A DNA stretch of 64,000 nt, taken from the NCBI GenBank assembly GCA_035221665.1, contig CM069133.1, forward strand, positions 35,464,001 to 35,528,000. Direction: 5' to 3'. This DNA comes from Okamejei kenojei. Taxonomy: Eukaryota. The translations under genes were made by a program, and so were the position numbers. Under the pieces are notes generated by a model. That model saw nothing but the letters and a program-made list of their open reading frames with translations. It was not told the origin of the DNA and did not search any database. Below are positions 1 through 12,618 of the stretch, piece by piece (within the stretch, counting starts at the first letter, position 1; every line of letters begins with the position of its first letter).

Positions 1-727
1 CTAACACTGCACATCACCCTGAACACACCATCCCCACTGTGAAACATGGTGGTGGCAGCATCATGCTGTGGAGATGCTTTTCTTCAGCAGGGACAGGGAA
101 GCTGGTTAGAGTTGATGGGAAAATGGATGGAGCCAAATACAGAGCAATCTTGGAAGAAAACCAGTTAGAGTCTACAAAAGACTTGAGACTGGGGCGGAGG
201 TTCCAGCAGGACAACAACCCTAAACATACAGCCAGAGCTACAATGGAATGGTTTTGATCAAAGCATATTAATGTGTTAGAATGGCCCAGTCAAAGTCCAG
301 ACCTAAATCCAATTGAGAATCTCTGGCAAGACTTGAAAATTGCTGTTCAGAGACGCTCTCCATCCAATCTGACTGAGCTTGAGCTATTTTGCAAAGAGGA
401 ATGGGCAAAAATGTCAGTCTCTAGATCTAGATGTGCAAAGCTGGTAGAGACATACCACAAAAGACTTGCAGCTGTAATTGCAGCGAAAGGTGGTTCTACA
501 AAGTATTTACTCAGGGGGGCTGAATACTTTTGCACGCCACACTTTTCAGTTTTTTATTTGTAATAACATTTGGAAACCATGTATAATTTTCCTTCCACGT
601 CACAATTATGCACCACTTTGTGTTGGTCTATCACATAAAATCCCAATAAAGTACATTTACGTTTGTGGTTGTAACGTGGCAAAATGTGGAAAAGTACAAG
701 GGGTAAGAAAACTTTTGCAAGCCACTG
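1..727 (+). mobile_element. Tc1/mariner DNA transposon, 3' part (disrupted transposase C-terminus plus right TIR)
   Basis: ORFs 39-257 and 273-563 give [35 protein letters not shown] and [14 protein letters not shown] (Tc1 DD34E motifs), with a stop between them. The element ends ...CACTG at 727, followed by TA at 728-729. Confidence 0.95.
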
Positions 728-972
728 TATTCACTGGAATTTGGAAGGAAGAGAGGGAATCTCATAGAAACATATGAAATTCTTAAGGAATAAGACATGG
801 TAGATGCAGGAAACATGTTCCCCAAGTTGGGAGAGTCTAGAACTAAGGGTCACAGTTTAAGAATAAGGGGTAGGCCATTTGAGACTGAGATATGGAAACA
901 CATATTCACCCAGAGAGTTGTGAATCTGTACAATGCTCTGCCACAGGACGCAGTGGAGGTCAATTCACTGGA
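728..972 (+). mobile_element. CR1-type LINE ORF2 3' fragment, host of the Tc1 insertion
   Basis: Translates to DAGNMFPKLGESRTKGHSLRIRGRPF...FTQRVVNLYNALPQ, the CR1 C-terminal motif. Confidence 0.85.
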
Positions 973-2025
973 TCTCCGAGATTCTTCCCCTGGTCCGAGA
1001 TTATTCTGTCAGGGGAAAGATCCTCCCTGCATGTACACTCTCAAACTCAGTAAGAATTTGGCAATTTCACGTATGTCACCTCCCATTCACCTACGCTTTC
1101 GAGAACACAGTTCCGGACTGCACAATCTTCCAACAATCTCAATCAACCTGTCATTATTGGAACTGTTCAGTGCATCTTCACGCACTCGACAACAACTATA
1201 TTTGTATTAAACAAAACCCAAAATGCCGAAATAACTCAGCCGGTCAGGCACCATCTGTGGAGACAATGCAATATCTGTGGAGGCAGACGACCAGCGACGT
1301 TTCCTGTCGGGATTCTTATTCAGAACCATTGTATTAGCGGGAGGAGGGGGTGGAAATGAGAGGTGGGGCGGGACAAAGCCTAGCAAATGGTAGCTGGCTA
1401 CATATGAAGAGGGAGGTTTTGGTGATGGTAATCATTACTGTAGTTATGGAGGATTAAAGTTCTACTCATGTCTGTCGGTGAGGTTTCATCACCATTCAAT
1501 ATAATTGCAATAGACATCTTTACCCGCGTGCACAAATATTATCTTAATATAAATGAACAAATCGGAGCATTTCTGTTCTCTTCCATATCTGTCAATGGAT
1601 TAACAAAAACAAGTTGAGAAGCCGGGCGGTGGATCCCTGTGGCTTTCAGGAGAGGACCCGGCTTCGGTCGCGGACGATGACGGGCGCCGTCGGTCGAGGT
1701 AGCTGGCGCCATCGTTCGAGGAGGGGGCCGGCGGTGGGTGCCAGAGGTCGGACAAGCCCTCGTGAGTATAGGAGGTCGGACGGGCCGCGAGGGTGCCGGA
1801 TGCACCACAGAGAATAAAAGGAAATCTCGGCGTGCGGATCGAGGCGTACGGATCGAGGCGTGGGGATCCCGGCGTGCGGATCGAGGGGCGGGAACAAAGA
1901 GTAATTGGAGCCAAATTGAATACATTGTAACTTTGTCGGTGTGCTATAGGTGGCGACATTATCGTGTTGCACAACAAATAATTTCAGAGTGACACGTCCC
2001 ATGTGATATCAAAGTATCAAAGTAT

Positions 2026-2070
2026 CATTCATTCATTCATTCATTCATTCATTCATTCATTCATTCATTC
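2026..2070. repeat. (TTCA)n microsatellite
   Basis: Tandem ttca units. Confidence 0.95.
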
Positions 2071-2313
2071 AGAAGGGTGACCAAGATCTGTCAGAGACGT
2101 TTGAGGAGCAGACTAGACCTTGGTTTAACGTCCTGGTCATTGGAGACACCCTGGCTGTGGCGAAAAGGAAGCTACCCCCAAGACTCTGTATAGGGTCTTG
2201 GTTATACGGACGCGAGGCTCGGCTCGTTGAGCCCCAAGAGACGGGGTTTCCTGTTCCCCTCCTTCCCTCTACACCCTTGCTGTACTCTGCAGACTGTGGC
2301 GATGATTTCTTAC

Positions 2314-2442
2314 CAGGTGTGACCTGCAGCCGGAGCTCACGCTGGGACAGATGGATAAATGGGCTGTGGGGGGGGGGGGGGGGGGGGTCATTGTGAAGGT
2401 AACGGTACTCATCCGGTTTGTTGATCACCACCGGACGCAGTA
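2314..2442 (-). pseudogene. 3' remnant of a V2-type Ig V-set exon (SIGLEC15-like cluster), truncated 5' near a CR1 insertion
   Basis: VVINKPDEYRYLHNDPPPPPPHSPFIHLSQRELRLQVTP then G|GTAAG donor (GT at 2313-2312). Homologous to the ends of the other V2 exons. Confidence 0.8.
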
Positions 2443-2477
2443 CGGTTGTCAGATGTTGTTGAGGAGTAGGCAGTAGA

Positions 2478-2866
2478 ATGGTACAATACAAAATTCTTAA
2501 GGGGTTGGACAGGCTAGATGCAGGAAGATTGTTCCCGATGTTGTGGAAGTCCTGGACAAGCGGTCACAGTTTAAGGATAAGGGGAAAGTCTTTTAGGACC
2601 GAGATGAGAAAATCGTTTTTCACACAGAGAGTGGTGAATCTGTGGAATTCTCTGCCACAGAAGGTAGTTGAGGCCATTTCGTTGGCCATATTTAAGAGGG
2701 AGTTGGATGTGGCCCTTGTGGCTGAAGGGATCAGGGGGTATGGAGAGAAGGCAGGTACAGGATACTGAATTGGATGATCAGCCATGAACATATTGAATGG
2801 CGGTGCAGGCTCGAAGGGCCGAATGGCCTGCTCCTGCACCTAAATTCTATGTTTCTATGTTTCTAT
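2478..2866 (+). mobile_element. CR1-type LINE 3' end with (TTTCTATG)n tail
   Basis: YKILKGLDRLDAGRLFP...FTQRVVNLWNSLPQ...GYGEKAGTGY*, then the 3' UTR and a short tandem tail. Confidence 0.92.
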
Positions 2867-3056
2867 ATAGATTGAATGATTCAATGGCGGAATAGACTTG
2901 ATGGGCCGAATGGCCTAATTGTACTGCTATTCCTTAAGACCTTATCAGGCGAGTCTGCGTTCGCTATGCCCAGAGAGACAGTGTTTCCGGTTCCTGCTCC
3001 TCTCCCTCCCTCTCCACCCTCGCTGTGCACTGCAGAATGTGCTGATAGTTTCTTAC

Positions 3057-3457
3057 CGGCTGTGACCCGCAGGCGGAATTCACGCTGCGTCAGATGGATA
3101 AACCGCAGGTGTCCTATGGAGCTCTGGGTTGGGGGCCATACAGGGTGGAGGTAATCACGTTTCCTGATATACACCAGACACAAGTAGTCGTGACTGTCCT
3201 CCCCACTCAGCTGCTTTATCCTGGTTGAAGCGTTCCCTCCTCTGGGCCCCCGACCAGCTCGAACCGAGTTGCTGCGTTCTCTGCCGCCCAGGATCCATCA
3301 GCTTGTGGCCTGAACGCGACGATGTGCCCGTAGGGATCCTTCCTCATCCAAGTGACTTTGTGTATGGTGTGGTCGAGTGCAGGCGGTGGGAACACACAGG
3401 GTAACGTGGCCGAAGTCCCCTCAGTCCCAGTCACCACTGAGACATTCACGAGAGCAG
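3057..3457 (-). pseudogene. V2-type Ig V-set exon of SIGLEC15-like gene A, 1-bp frameshift
   Basis: Acceptor ttcactcag| at 3458 and donor G|GTAAGA. NVSVVTGTEGTSATLPCVF...VTWMRKDPY...RFELVG then (shift) NASTRIKQLSGEDSHDYLCLV...FRLRVTA. Length 401 nt is not a multiple of 3. Confidence 0.88.
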
Positions 3458-4559
3458 CTGAGTGAAGGACAAACAGCAGAAAGTAAGTGGGGCCTCGACC
3501 CGAAACGTAACCCATTCCTTCTTTCCAGAGACGCTGTCTGTCCCGCTGAGTTACTCCAGAATTTTGTATCTACCACCAGAATGTACCAGAGTATTGTGAA
3601 TTAATTGTTTTGTACCGACCTCTGCTCGGGGCTTGTAGGTGGCGGCGGCGACCAGTGTGGAGCTGGCAGTGATGATCCCCGGGAAGGTATGGAGTGTGCG
3701 CCGGGAACAGGGCAGATCAAGGATCGCTCCGGCAGCGCGTCACTGGGCTGGATAGAGCGCCTTTGGCAGTGAGGCACTGCATCAGCTCTGCCCTGGGTGT
3801 CAGAGAACGAACAACAGTGAACCCGCGCCTCTCCGGAATCCGCTGCTGTCCTGCACTGGGCTTGTTCAATGTGGTAAGCGGTGACCCGGCACCAGGCCCC
3901 GCCGCCGCCTATAGCACGCGGTACCTCTCTCAGCGAGTGTTGCATACACTCACCCGTTCCCAGTGCAAATGTCTGGCAGCGTGGACTGTTTAAATATACA
4001 GCACTCATATAGATTCATAACGCATCAGTTCTAGTAGTTCATGTTGATTGCCATTTGCCTCCGTTTGTCATATAAGCTTTCTAAGCATTTTCTATCAATG
4101 TACCTCCCCAAACAACATAACGTTTGCAATTACACGGGTCTCAACCAGTTACTCTGGTTGCTCGATCCAAAAAAAGTACCACCCGATGATCTCTAATTCT
4201 TGATTGCCCTAACCGAGGGGAAAAATATCATATGTATTCACGCTGTCTATTCGTTTCGTGATCTTATACGTTCTAACAATATTACCCTGTACTCCCAGTA
4301 CTGAAGGCCTTGAGCTGCCCAACCTCTCCCTCGAGTTCTGGAACATCCTTATCAATGACTGTATTCTTTCCAGCATATTGGCATCTTTCCTGTAGCAGAG
4401 TGATCGAAACTGCGTGGGATACTCCACGTGTGACCTCACCAACATATTATAAAACGGCACATTACAAACCGACGTCTATATTCAATGTTCCATATTATAT
4501 ATTCTAGCTTTACTATGCGCATCTCTTCAATACGTTTTTCTCACACCTTTAGCATTTTG

Positions 4560-4810
4560 GACTCTGGTCTTTGTCCAACCATCTGCCTATCTAATAACCT
4601 GCCTCAACTGTGTCAGCCTATTACGTACCAGGCTTTATCCTGCCCCTCATCTCTTCCAGCATTCTTTCCCCTCCTCCACAATCAGTCTGATGAAGGGTCC
4701 CGATCCTAAACGTCGTGTATCTATGTTATCGTAGGATAGCACATTACCCTTTGAGCTACGGCAGCATTCTGTGTCCTCTTTTGTAAAACAGTATCTGCTG
4801 TTCTATTATC
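4560..4810 (+). mobile_element. Penelope-derived terminal repeat with degenerate hammerhead motif
   Basis: CTGATGAAGGGTCCCGATCCTAAACGTC near 4686-4713. Same family as the repeats at 35742 and 56672. Confidence 0.55.
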
Positions 4811-5074
4811 TGTATTCAATGCCCTGCCTGTTGAATGCCAGTGAGCCAAAACCATTGTTTATCACAGTGTCTACATTTGACGCCACTTTCGGGGAGCTAT
4901 GTATTTGTACTGCAATGTATTTTTTTCTACATCAATCTCCATGCCCTATTCAATGTGGAAACCTCCCAAGCTGAAGAACTCCCATTCTTTAATACAAGCA
5001 GGTTCCAATGGGTTAAACAAAGCCACGCATCTGGATCTTTTCCAAGTGGATGATGCTCCTTCCTCCTTCACACA

Positions 5075-6928
5075 CAGTGTTAGTTTGTTAGTATCATTAT
5101 GAACATTTTAGTTAATTACTGTGTATTAGTATATATCATCAATATTAGTTCATTTCCCTTGAACTGGTTTAAATTTATTTAGTCAATTTTATATACACTC
5201 ACATTATCTCCTTCCCAGCTCCATGGGTTATTCATATTTGTAGCTTACATTAACAGATAATTAGTATTATTAAATTTGTTAGATTAATTGATTATTTATT
5301 ATTAACATGTAGTAATTGAAGATTTCCTTCAATCAACAACTTTATATACCAGTCCGTAATATCTAATTCCATTTCCCTCATTAATTCCCTCATTAATTAT
5401 GTATCTTCAACGTCCCCTTGGTTATCTTTAAGTTTTCCATTCAAGGTGAAACATGGACTGTATGCTCGAAAACACATTCCAGACAGATAAGCATATCTAG
5501 TAACTGTCTCGAAAAGTTCCGCCATCTTAATTAGAGCAAGATCTTGTATTAAAAAAGTTTAATCTTCATGCTTGTCTTCCTCTTCATCCTCTATTTCCTG
5601 TACGATATCTTGTGCGTAGTTAAAAGCCATTTCGGGGACCGCAAATGAGCGTTCGGTAACCTTATAAGTAATCTTCATTTTTGTAGGATAAACCACCCCA
5701 TATCTCACTTGGGATATTCCTTTCAAAATATTTCTTGTCTTTGTAAACAATATTCTTTTTTGGACGACTTCGCGAGGATAATCACGGAAAAGTCTAATAT
5801 TATCCCCAGAATATGTAAGATTCTCCCGTGAACAATCTTATTCAGTATATTTTCCAGTGAAGAAATGTCGAGGAATTTCACAATTATCTGTCTTGGGGGA
5901 GCATTTGTCCCTTTGGGAAAACGTCCAACCCGGTGAGCAACATCAATTCTTGGATTTTCCGGCAGTTAAACAACTTATTTAAGTAAGTCAGCAACGAAAG
6001 TAGGTGTATGAGATCTACGCCCCTCTCGTCCTTCCTTTACTCCTACAATTCTTAAATTCTGCCTTCTCGATCTCGCCTCCAAGTCCAAACACTTATCAGT
6101 CATTTTAACGAGTTGCTCCCCCTCAAATTTTTGTGCCTTTTTCAGATTCAATATTTCCAAAGACATCTCTTTCATTTCGCCCACCATGTCTTCCATCAGC
6201 TTATCAGACTTTTTCATGTTCTCATGCGTCTTGTCAAATTTCTTATTATAGTCTTTTTCCATTCGGGCACATTCTCCCGTAATTTTTTTATCAAGCTCCT
6301 TATACTGCTTGTTCAGCTCCTTTAACTCACCACAAGGAGTATCATTTTTATTATAAAGATTAAGCTCCATTTTCTCCAAAGACATATCTTTCATTTCGCC
6401 CACCATGTCTTCCATCAGCTTATCAGACTTTTTCATGTTCTCATGCGTCTTGTCAAATTTCTCATTATAGTCTTTTTCCATTCGGGCACATTCTCCCGTA
6501 AATTTTTTATCAAGCTCCTTATACTGCTTGTTCAGCTCCTTTAACTCACCACAAGGAGTATCATTTTTTATTATAAAGATTAAGCTCCATTTTCTCCAAT
6601 GTAGTATCATGTCCGCTAGCATTTGCTTCACCTCCTTCTCCTCTCCTTTTGTAGCCATTTCAGACACAAATCCTTGGGAGTAAGACTCTTCTTCAGAGCT
6701 TACTGCTGTCGTTTGCTGGAGTTCCCCAAACTTCCTGAAGCTTGATAGTAGCTTTCTTAGGTCCTTGTGATCGTTTCTCCTTGCTCATTTAAAACTCCCG
6801 TTAAACTCCAGTTCCGTTGAGTTTTGTTTTAAATCGGTCCTGTCTCTCAAAACAGCTTTTTCGCAATTTTAACGGGAGAGGAGCTCAATGCTACGACCTT
6901 ACAGCTTCATGGCCGCCCCCGGAAGTCC
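5075..6928 (-). mobile_element. L1-clade LINE 5' fragment: 5' UTR, disrupted ORF1 and inter-ORF spacer; no ORF2
   Basis: 5' end GGACTTCCGGGGGCGG. Coiled coil, then CLDLEARSRRQNLRIVGVKEG (L1 ORF1p RRM entry motif), then RYGVVYPTKMKITY (CTD). Confidence 0.88.
6156..6598 (-). repeat. Tandem duplication of about 219-220 bp (73 codons) in the L1 ORF1 coiled coil
   Basis: KNDTPCGELKELNKQYKELDKK...DMVGEMK occurs twice, nearly identical at DNA level. Confidence 0.95.
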
Positions 6929-8009
6929 TCATCCAGCAGGTTTTCTTGATATGCTTCTGAACTGTGTAGGAATGAACAGCAGTTGCTGGTTTACACCGAC
7001 GTTACACACACACAGCTGGAGTAGCTTAGCGAGTCAGACAGCATCTCTGGAGAGAAGAAATAGGTGACGTTTTGGGACGAGCCTCAAGACGAATCTGAAT
7101 AGCCTGACCGGAAACAATAGATACTATTTGCAGGAGTAGGCCATTCGGCCCTTCAAGCCAATACCGCCATTCAATGTGATCATGGCTGATCATCCAGAAT
7201 CGGTTCCCAGTTCCTGCCTTCTCCCCATATCCCCTGATATCTGCTACCTCACCTCATGAGTAACCTCTTGAATCTGAAGAAGGGCCTCGACCCGGAAAGT
7301 CGTCAATTCCTTTTCTCCAAAGTCGCTGTCTGACTCCCCGAGTTAGTCCAATGTTTGTGTTTGTCATCCTACTGCACTATCTACAATATCACATATTTTA
7401 GCATGATCATCCAATTTACTAGGTATGCCTTGCGCATTTTCATCCAATATCGTTGATACTGAATACCAACAACAATGGGTCCAGTGACAATCTCTAAAGC
7501 ACAATACTGGTCACATGCCTCCAGTCCAAGAGACAAACACAGACACCCTCTGCTGCCATCTATCAATACAACTATTCATCCAATTACCTTGCGCTCCATG
7601 GATCCCACTGATTTGACCTTCTACAGCAGCCTACGATGCGGATTATTATCAAATGCCTTGCTAAAGGCCATGTAGGTTTTGAATATGTTGCCGTTCTGAC
7701 CTTATCCAGGAACACATACACCCTATATCCCGCATCTCTGCACTGTGGATGGCTTGATAGTAAATATGCATCGTCTTTTCGCTGACTGGATAGCACGCAA
7801 CGAAAAAGCTTTTAATTGTACCTCGATACACGTGACAATAATAAACGAAACTAAATTCTGCTGCGGGATGGATTGCAAAGGGACTAAGTGCGGAACCGGC
7901 ACATCTAACATGGGGCCGAACAACATTTATTGATCATTCAGTGCCCTATAGAAACGTTTGGCCCGGGCTATCGGGGGGGCAATTACTGCCCCTAAGCATT
8001 GTTCCTCAC

Positions 8010-8396
8010 CTCTCACAGTCAGACATGTTGCAACCACAGCGTGAAGTGTTCCAATATTGAGTTCCACACGGCATCGATAACTAGAATCATCGCCTTCCCA
8101 GCTCAGTCGCTCCATCATTATCGAGGCATCCCTCTGCCTGAGGTTCCCCACGAATCTCAACCAACCCCTTCCTCTCACCGGCCTCACTTCTTCGCCGCTG
8201 CAGCGGTCAGGACTTAGATATGTGCAGTTAAACACAAGGTGGTCTCCCTCTGATTTCCTCCTGTACCACAACACGGAGCCTGTTAGGATGTGATCAGTGG
8301 GTGGGTGGGTGAATGTACACGGCAACATCGCGGACGTTCCTTCCGCGGCAGACACCTCATCAGCACCGGATATTATCCAACTCTTGTACGAAAAAG
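8010..8396 (-). CDS. V1 exon of gene A: SIGLEC15-like N-terminal V-set domain, open frame, acceptor uncertain
   Basis: WIISGADEVSAAEGTSAMLPCTFTHP...VLWY...VFNC...C...LRFVGNLRQRDASIMMERL..DDSSYRCRVEL parallels human Siglec-15 (AVLPCTFTHP, VFRC...C, RFRLLGN, YFCRVEF). Donor G|GTGAG; 387 nt. The position matching the V1a acceptor reads AA, next to an N gap. Confidence 0.85.
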
Positions 8397-8398
8397 TT

Positions 8399-8537
8399 NN
8401 NNNNNNNNNNNNNNNNNNNNNNNNNNNNNNNNNNNNNNNNNNNNNNNNNNNNNNNNNNNNNNNNNNNNNNNNNNNNNNNNNNNNNNNNNNNNNNNNNNNN
8501 NNNNNNNNNNNNNNNNNNNNNNNNNNNNNNNNNNNNN
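8399..8537. other. Assembly gap
   Basis: N run. Confidence 0.99.
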
Positions 8538-8539
8538 TC

Positions 8540-9115
8540 ATAAAGTGACACGTGGAAATAAACCCTTCGGCCCACACAGACTGACATGTTACATCTACAT
8601 TAATCACACCAGCCCGTGTTTGATCCATATCTATGCAAACATTGACTATCCACGTACCTCTAATTTTTTAACTTTGGGATAGTCCCAGTCTGAACTACCT
8701 CCTCTGGCAGCTTGTTCAATACAGCCACCAACCTTTGTGAAAATCTTGCTCCTCAGATTCCCATTAAATCTTTTTCCATTTCACCTTAAAGTTATGTTCT
8801 CTGGTGCTCGATTCACCTACTCGGGGCAAGAATATATGTACAATTACCCGATCAATTCCTCTCATGATTTTATACACCTCTATAAGTTCATCCCTCATTC
8901 TCCCAAACTCCAAGGAACAGTGTCCCAGCGTATTAAACTTCTCCCTAAATCTCAGACCCTCTAGTCCTGGCAACATCCGGGTCAACCTTCTCTGTACCCT
9001 TTCCAGTTCGACTACATATTCCCTAGAACATGATGCACAGAACTGAACACAACCCTCTAAATGCGACTTCACCAACGTCTTCTACAACTGCGACATGACG
9101 ACCCACATTCTATAT
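8540..9115 (-). mobile_element. CR1-type LINE 3' fragment
   Basis: VKSHLEGCVQF...LERVQRRLTRMLPGL...LIEVYKIMRGIDRV. Confidence 0.85.
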
Positions 9116-9734
9116 TTAATATAGAATAACATGGGAAGAGATTCGGATTGAGTCGGGGATGGAGCCACAAGTGGTGCCTCTAGGAACTACTGGTGCTTGT
9201 TTACAAAAGAAAGACACGAAATGCTGGAGTATCTTAGAGGGTTGGGCTGCATCTCAGAGTCAGTATGACGAAGGGTCCAGTGCGGAAACGTCAGCTTTTC
9301 ACGTTCTCCAGAGATGCTGGCTGACCCGCTGAGTTACTCCAGCAATGTGGACCTCCAATTAGATATAAGTTAGAGTCATAGAGTCATCGAGTCAGTGTGA
9401 AAACAGGCCCTTCGGCTTAACTTGCCCACACCCACCAACATGTTCCATCTACGCTAGACTCATTTGCCTGCGTTTGGCCCAACATTCCTCTTAATTATCG
9501 CCAGTACCCCGAATCCGTTAGTTTTTATTTTTAAATAAATGCCGTTTTTTTGCGTTAATAGACGATTCCGGGCCTTGGGCTATGTGCAAAATTCGCGGAA
9601 TTCCGTCAGTGTGGCAGATCAGTTAAAACAGAAAAAAAGGACAATCGCCCTCTTCATTTTCGACTGGCTCAGTGTAAGAGCAATGCAATCGCAGTCACAC
9701 AACCCGTCCCATGTACCCGCAAATCCGCAAGGGG

Positions 9735-10045
9735 AGGCACGATGGCGTAGAGGCAGAATTGCTACCTAACAGCGTCAGTGACACGAGTTCGATACGGGTG
9801 ATGTCTGTACGAAGTTTATATGATCTCCCCGTGACCTGCGTTGGTTTTAGAAACATCCCGTTTTCTCTGGGATCGCCGGTTTCCTCCCACTCTCCAAGAC
9901 GCCAAAGCGCACAGGTTTGTAGGCCAATTGGCTTGGTATAATAGTAAACCTGTCCCTATTGTGCAGGATAGTGTGAGTGGCCGGGGTGATCGCTGGTAGG
10001 CGCAGAATATGTGGACCGAATCGCCTGTTTCCGCGCTTTATTTCT
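9735..10045 (+). mobile_element. tRNA-derived V-SINE (HE1-like)
   Basis: A/B-box-like head (tggcgtagagg...gttcgatac), V-domain-like ccggtttcctcccac, and a LINE-derived tail. Confidence 0.75.
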
Positions 10046-10914
10046 TTAAAAAAAATCCATTCTTTCAGATACATCATTAGCTTACTTTAGAACGCACCAC
10101 TTAGCTCAGCCCCCCAATTCTACCTGGCCGTACTTTGCAAACCAGCCAGTCCCTGTGAGAAATAATGTTTCTGAGCAACAGTGTCGCAATTACCTTTATT
10201 CTATGACTCCAAGTTCTTGTTTTTCCACCAACGCGAACAACCTCACGGTGTTCTACTCACTTCACAATTTTCTATATCTCAATCACATCTCCTGACAACT
10301 TCCGCTTCCACCGCCATTAAATAAGATTGCTTCTGGCCTGCTTTTAGATCCTTCTCCCTACTCCCGCCGACATCGAGTATCATTTCACTCTCTTTCTTAT
10401 CATGTGCACCGCTCTAATTCATAAAAGGCCGGTTCCATGTGCAATCTCATCTTGCCGCCATGTGACCTACACGAAGATCTCACCACCAACTTCGAAGGGC
10501 ACTTAACGGCGGGCGATATCACAACCTTTCCCCCAAGGGAAGGACAGGATAGAGGGGGGGGGGTGCATCCGGACCGAGGAGGGTCGCCCGAAACCGAGAA
10601 GAGGCGTCAGAGTTCGTGGGGGGGAAGGGGGAGGGGGCATCCGATCGCCGGAGAGCCGAGGAAGGCTCAGATAGCGAGAGCCGCCGAGAACGGAGAGGAA
10701 GAGTAAAGCGCTGAGAACAAAGAGGGTGGGGAAGCGGCGGGAGGGTCGCCGAGAACGAAGAGGAACCTGGCGGGAGGGAGTCGTGCTGCTGCCAAGTGCG
10801 GCGGCAGGCAGTAGATAGGAATGTTTGGTAAACTTCTGTAACGTTGTCGGCGCCAAAATGTGGCGACACTTGGGTCCTGCGTGGGTGAGGACTGCTATAT
10901 GGATTTAGTTTCGT

Positions 10915-11238
10915 TTATTTTATTTTAGTTTAGCGGTGCAGCGCGGAAACAGGCCCTCCGACCAGCTCCGACCAGCTCCGACCAGCACCACTCCGCACCG
11001 ACCAGCGATCCCCGCACGTTAACACGACCCTACATACATTAAGGACAATTTTACATTTACACCAAGCCAATTAACCTACAAATTTGCACGTTTGGAGTGT
11101 GGGAGGAAACCGAAGATCTCGGAGAATGCCCACAGAGCTTTTGGGGAGAACGTGCAACTTTCTTCCAGGAAAGGACCCGTAGTCAGGATCGAACTCGGTC
11201 ACTGGCGATAGCTCGACCGCTACGCCACCGTGTCGCCC
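10915..11238 (-). mobile_element. V-SINE (HE1-like)
   Basis: Reverse-complement match to the same SINE (ccaagccaattaacctacaaa...ggagtgtgggaggaaacc...aggatcgaac). Confidence 0.78.
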
Positions 11239-11425
11239 GGGTTGTATGCAAAATATAGCATTTTACTGTACCTAGGTCCATGTGACAATAAAGCATAATT
11301 GAATCATTGAATCGGCAGGAGTTAAACAACAAACAGCAGGAGCACCGATAGAGCAGGAACCAGAACAGTGGGAGAGATGATGAGACAACAAGGACGAGCT
11401 AATCGGGTCAACACAAAACACTCAC

Positions 11426-11486
11426 TGAAACCCTGGACTGAGACGGAGAGCAGGACGGTACAGAGACAAACCCAGAGAGAGCACAT
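11426..11486 (-). CDS. Signal-peptide (leader) exon of SIGLEC15-like gene A
   Basis: ATG at 11486 gives MCSLWVCLCTVLLSVSVQGF then A|GTGAGT: 61 nt, phase 1, hydrophobic. Three paralogous copies occur elsewhere in the window. Confidence 0.85.
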
Positions 11487-11870
11487 TTCCAACACTTCAG
11501 TGTGGAGTCCACCTCATCCACTGCTGTGAGCTTCTTGCCGCTGAAATGCGGAACTTGCTCCAAGTATTTCTTCATTTCCTCCAAAAATATAAGGAACCGC
11601 TGTAAGTACTGATAATTAGTCATTTCAATCTGAGCAAGGTTAGGGTCATGAGCAAAAAAGAAAGTCATGGAGGAACTAATCGGGTTAAACTGTATCCGTG
11701 AAGGGACATTGACAGACAGCGTCTGAATAAAGAGGTCCTGACCCGACAGGTCGTCGGCCCATTCTCCTCCACAGGCGTTGCCTGAACCGCTGATCTTTTT
11801 CCTGCAATTTGGTTTTCGGACAAGATTCTGGATATGCATGTTCGTGTCCCCAGCATTATCGCCATGGAGC

Positions 11871-12618
11871 TGTAAATCCTGGCCAAAACAGAGCTAAAAT
11901 AAAGCAAAGGATTTATGCATCTACAGGGCCTGTTAGCCTTTCTCTGTTAGAAGCGTCAAACTGCAAGCTGGTGCTAGGAAGTCTAGGTCCCAGATCAATA
12001 TATCAGATAAGGAAGGTCCGGCTGTCTTAGCAATTGATAATATGTTTGAGGACTTTGCAGAAAAACTCTCTGTTCTAGATGCATGGGTTTGATGGATTAC
12101 TGGAAAGGGATTGTAAATAATGTAAATAATGTTGCAAGACAGTTGCCCAGCTGTTTGGTGATTGGCCGAAGTGTGAAGCCCTGGCTGAATTGTTTGTACT
12201 ACCGGGGTAAATGCTGCATTATTCAGTTAACGGACTTCCTTCCAGAAGCTTCTGGAGAAACATTGGTTTGGACTCTTTGTAATTTGGTTGGGGGACTATC
12301 AATAATACTTTAAGGTAATATGTGTAATTGGCTTGTAAACGGGAAACCCCTATGTAGTTCGGCCCTCATGGTTCGTTGACCTATAAAAGGTAGTCCCTAT
12401 TTGGATCGGTGTCGATCTTCTCGAAGGGCGCTTGCGACTCCGTGACCTTTGGTAGTGTCTCCTTGTACGAAGCTGAAGGGCTTGGCCAGGCAAGGATCGA
12501 ACCCGCGGTGGTTTAGGTATCGTACAGGTGGTTTGTTGTTCGTTCTGAAATAAAGTTTCGTTGTTCCAGTGCTTGACTCAGTGTTTTAACTGAACTAGGC
12601 TAAGGGGGGTAAGTTTTA
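11871..12618 (+). mobile_element. Solo LTR
   Basis: Starts TGTAA and ends TTTTA (degenerate CA). Flanked by the 5-bp direct repeat GGAGC (11866-11870, 12619-12623). TATAAAA near 12382 and AATAAA near 12549. Confidence 0.75.

Noticed and set aside
1540-2025. Overlapping GC-rich ORFs (also 10437-10870 and 33507-34053)
   Set aside because: No protein motifs. The 1.9 kb and 10.8 kb segments share tgtaac.ttgtcgg...tggcgaca and end in simple-repeat tails, suggesting unclassified retroelement 3' ends.
9735-9810. tRNA gene
   Set aside because: It is the tRNA-derived head of a SINE, with no full cloverleaf.
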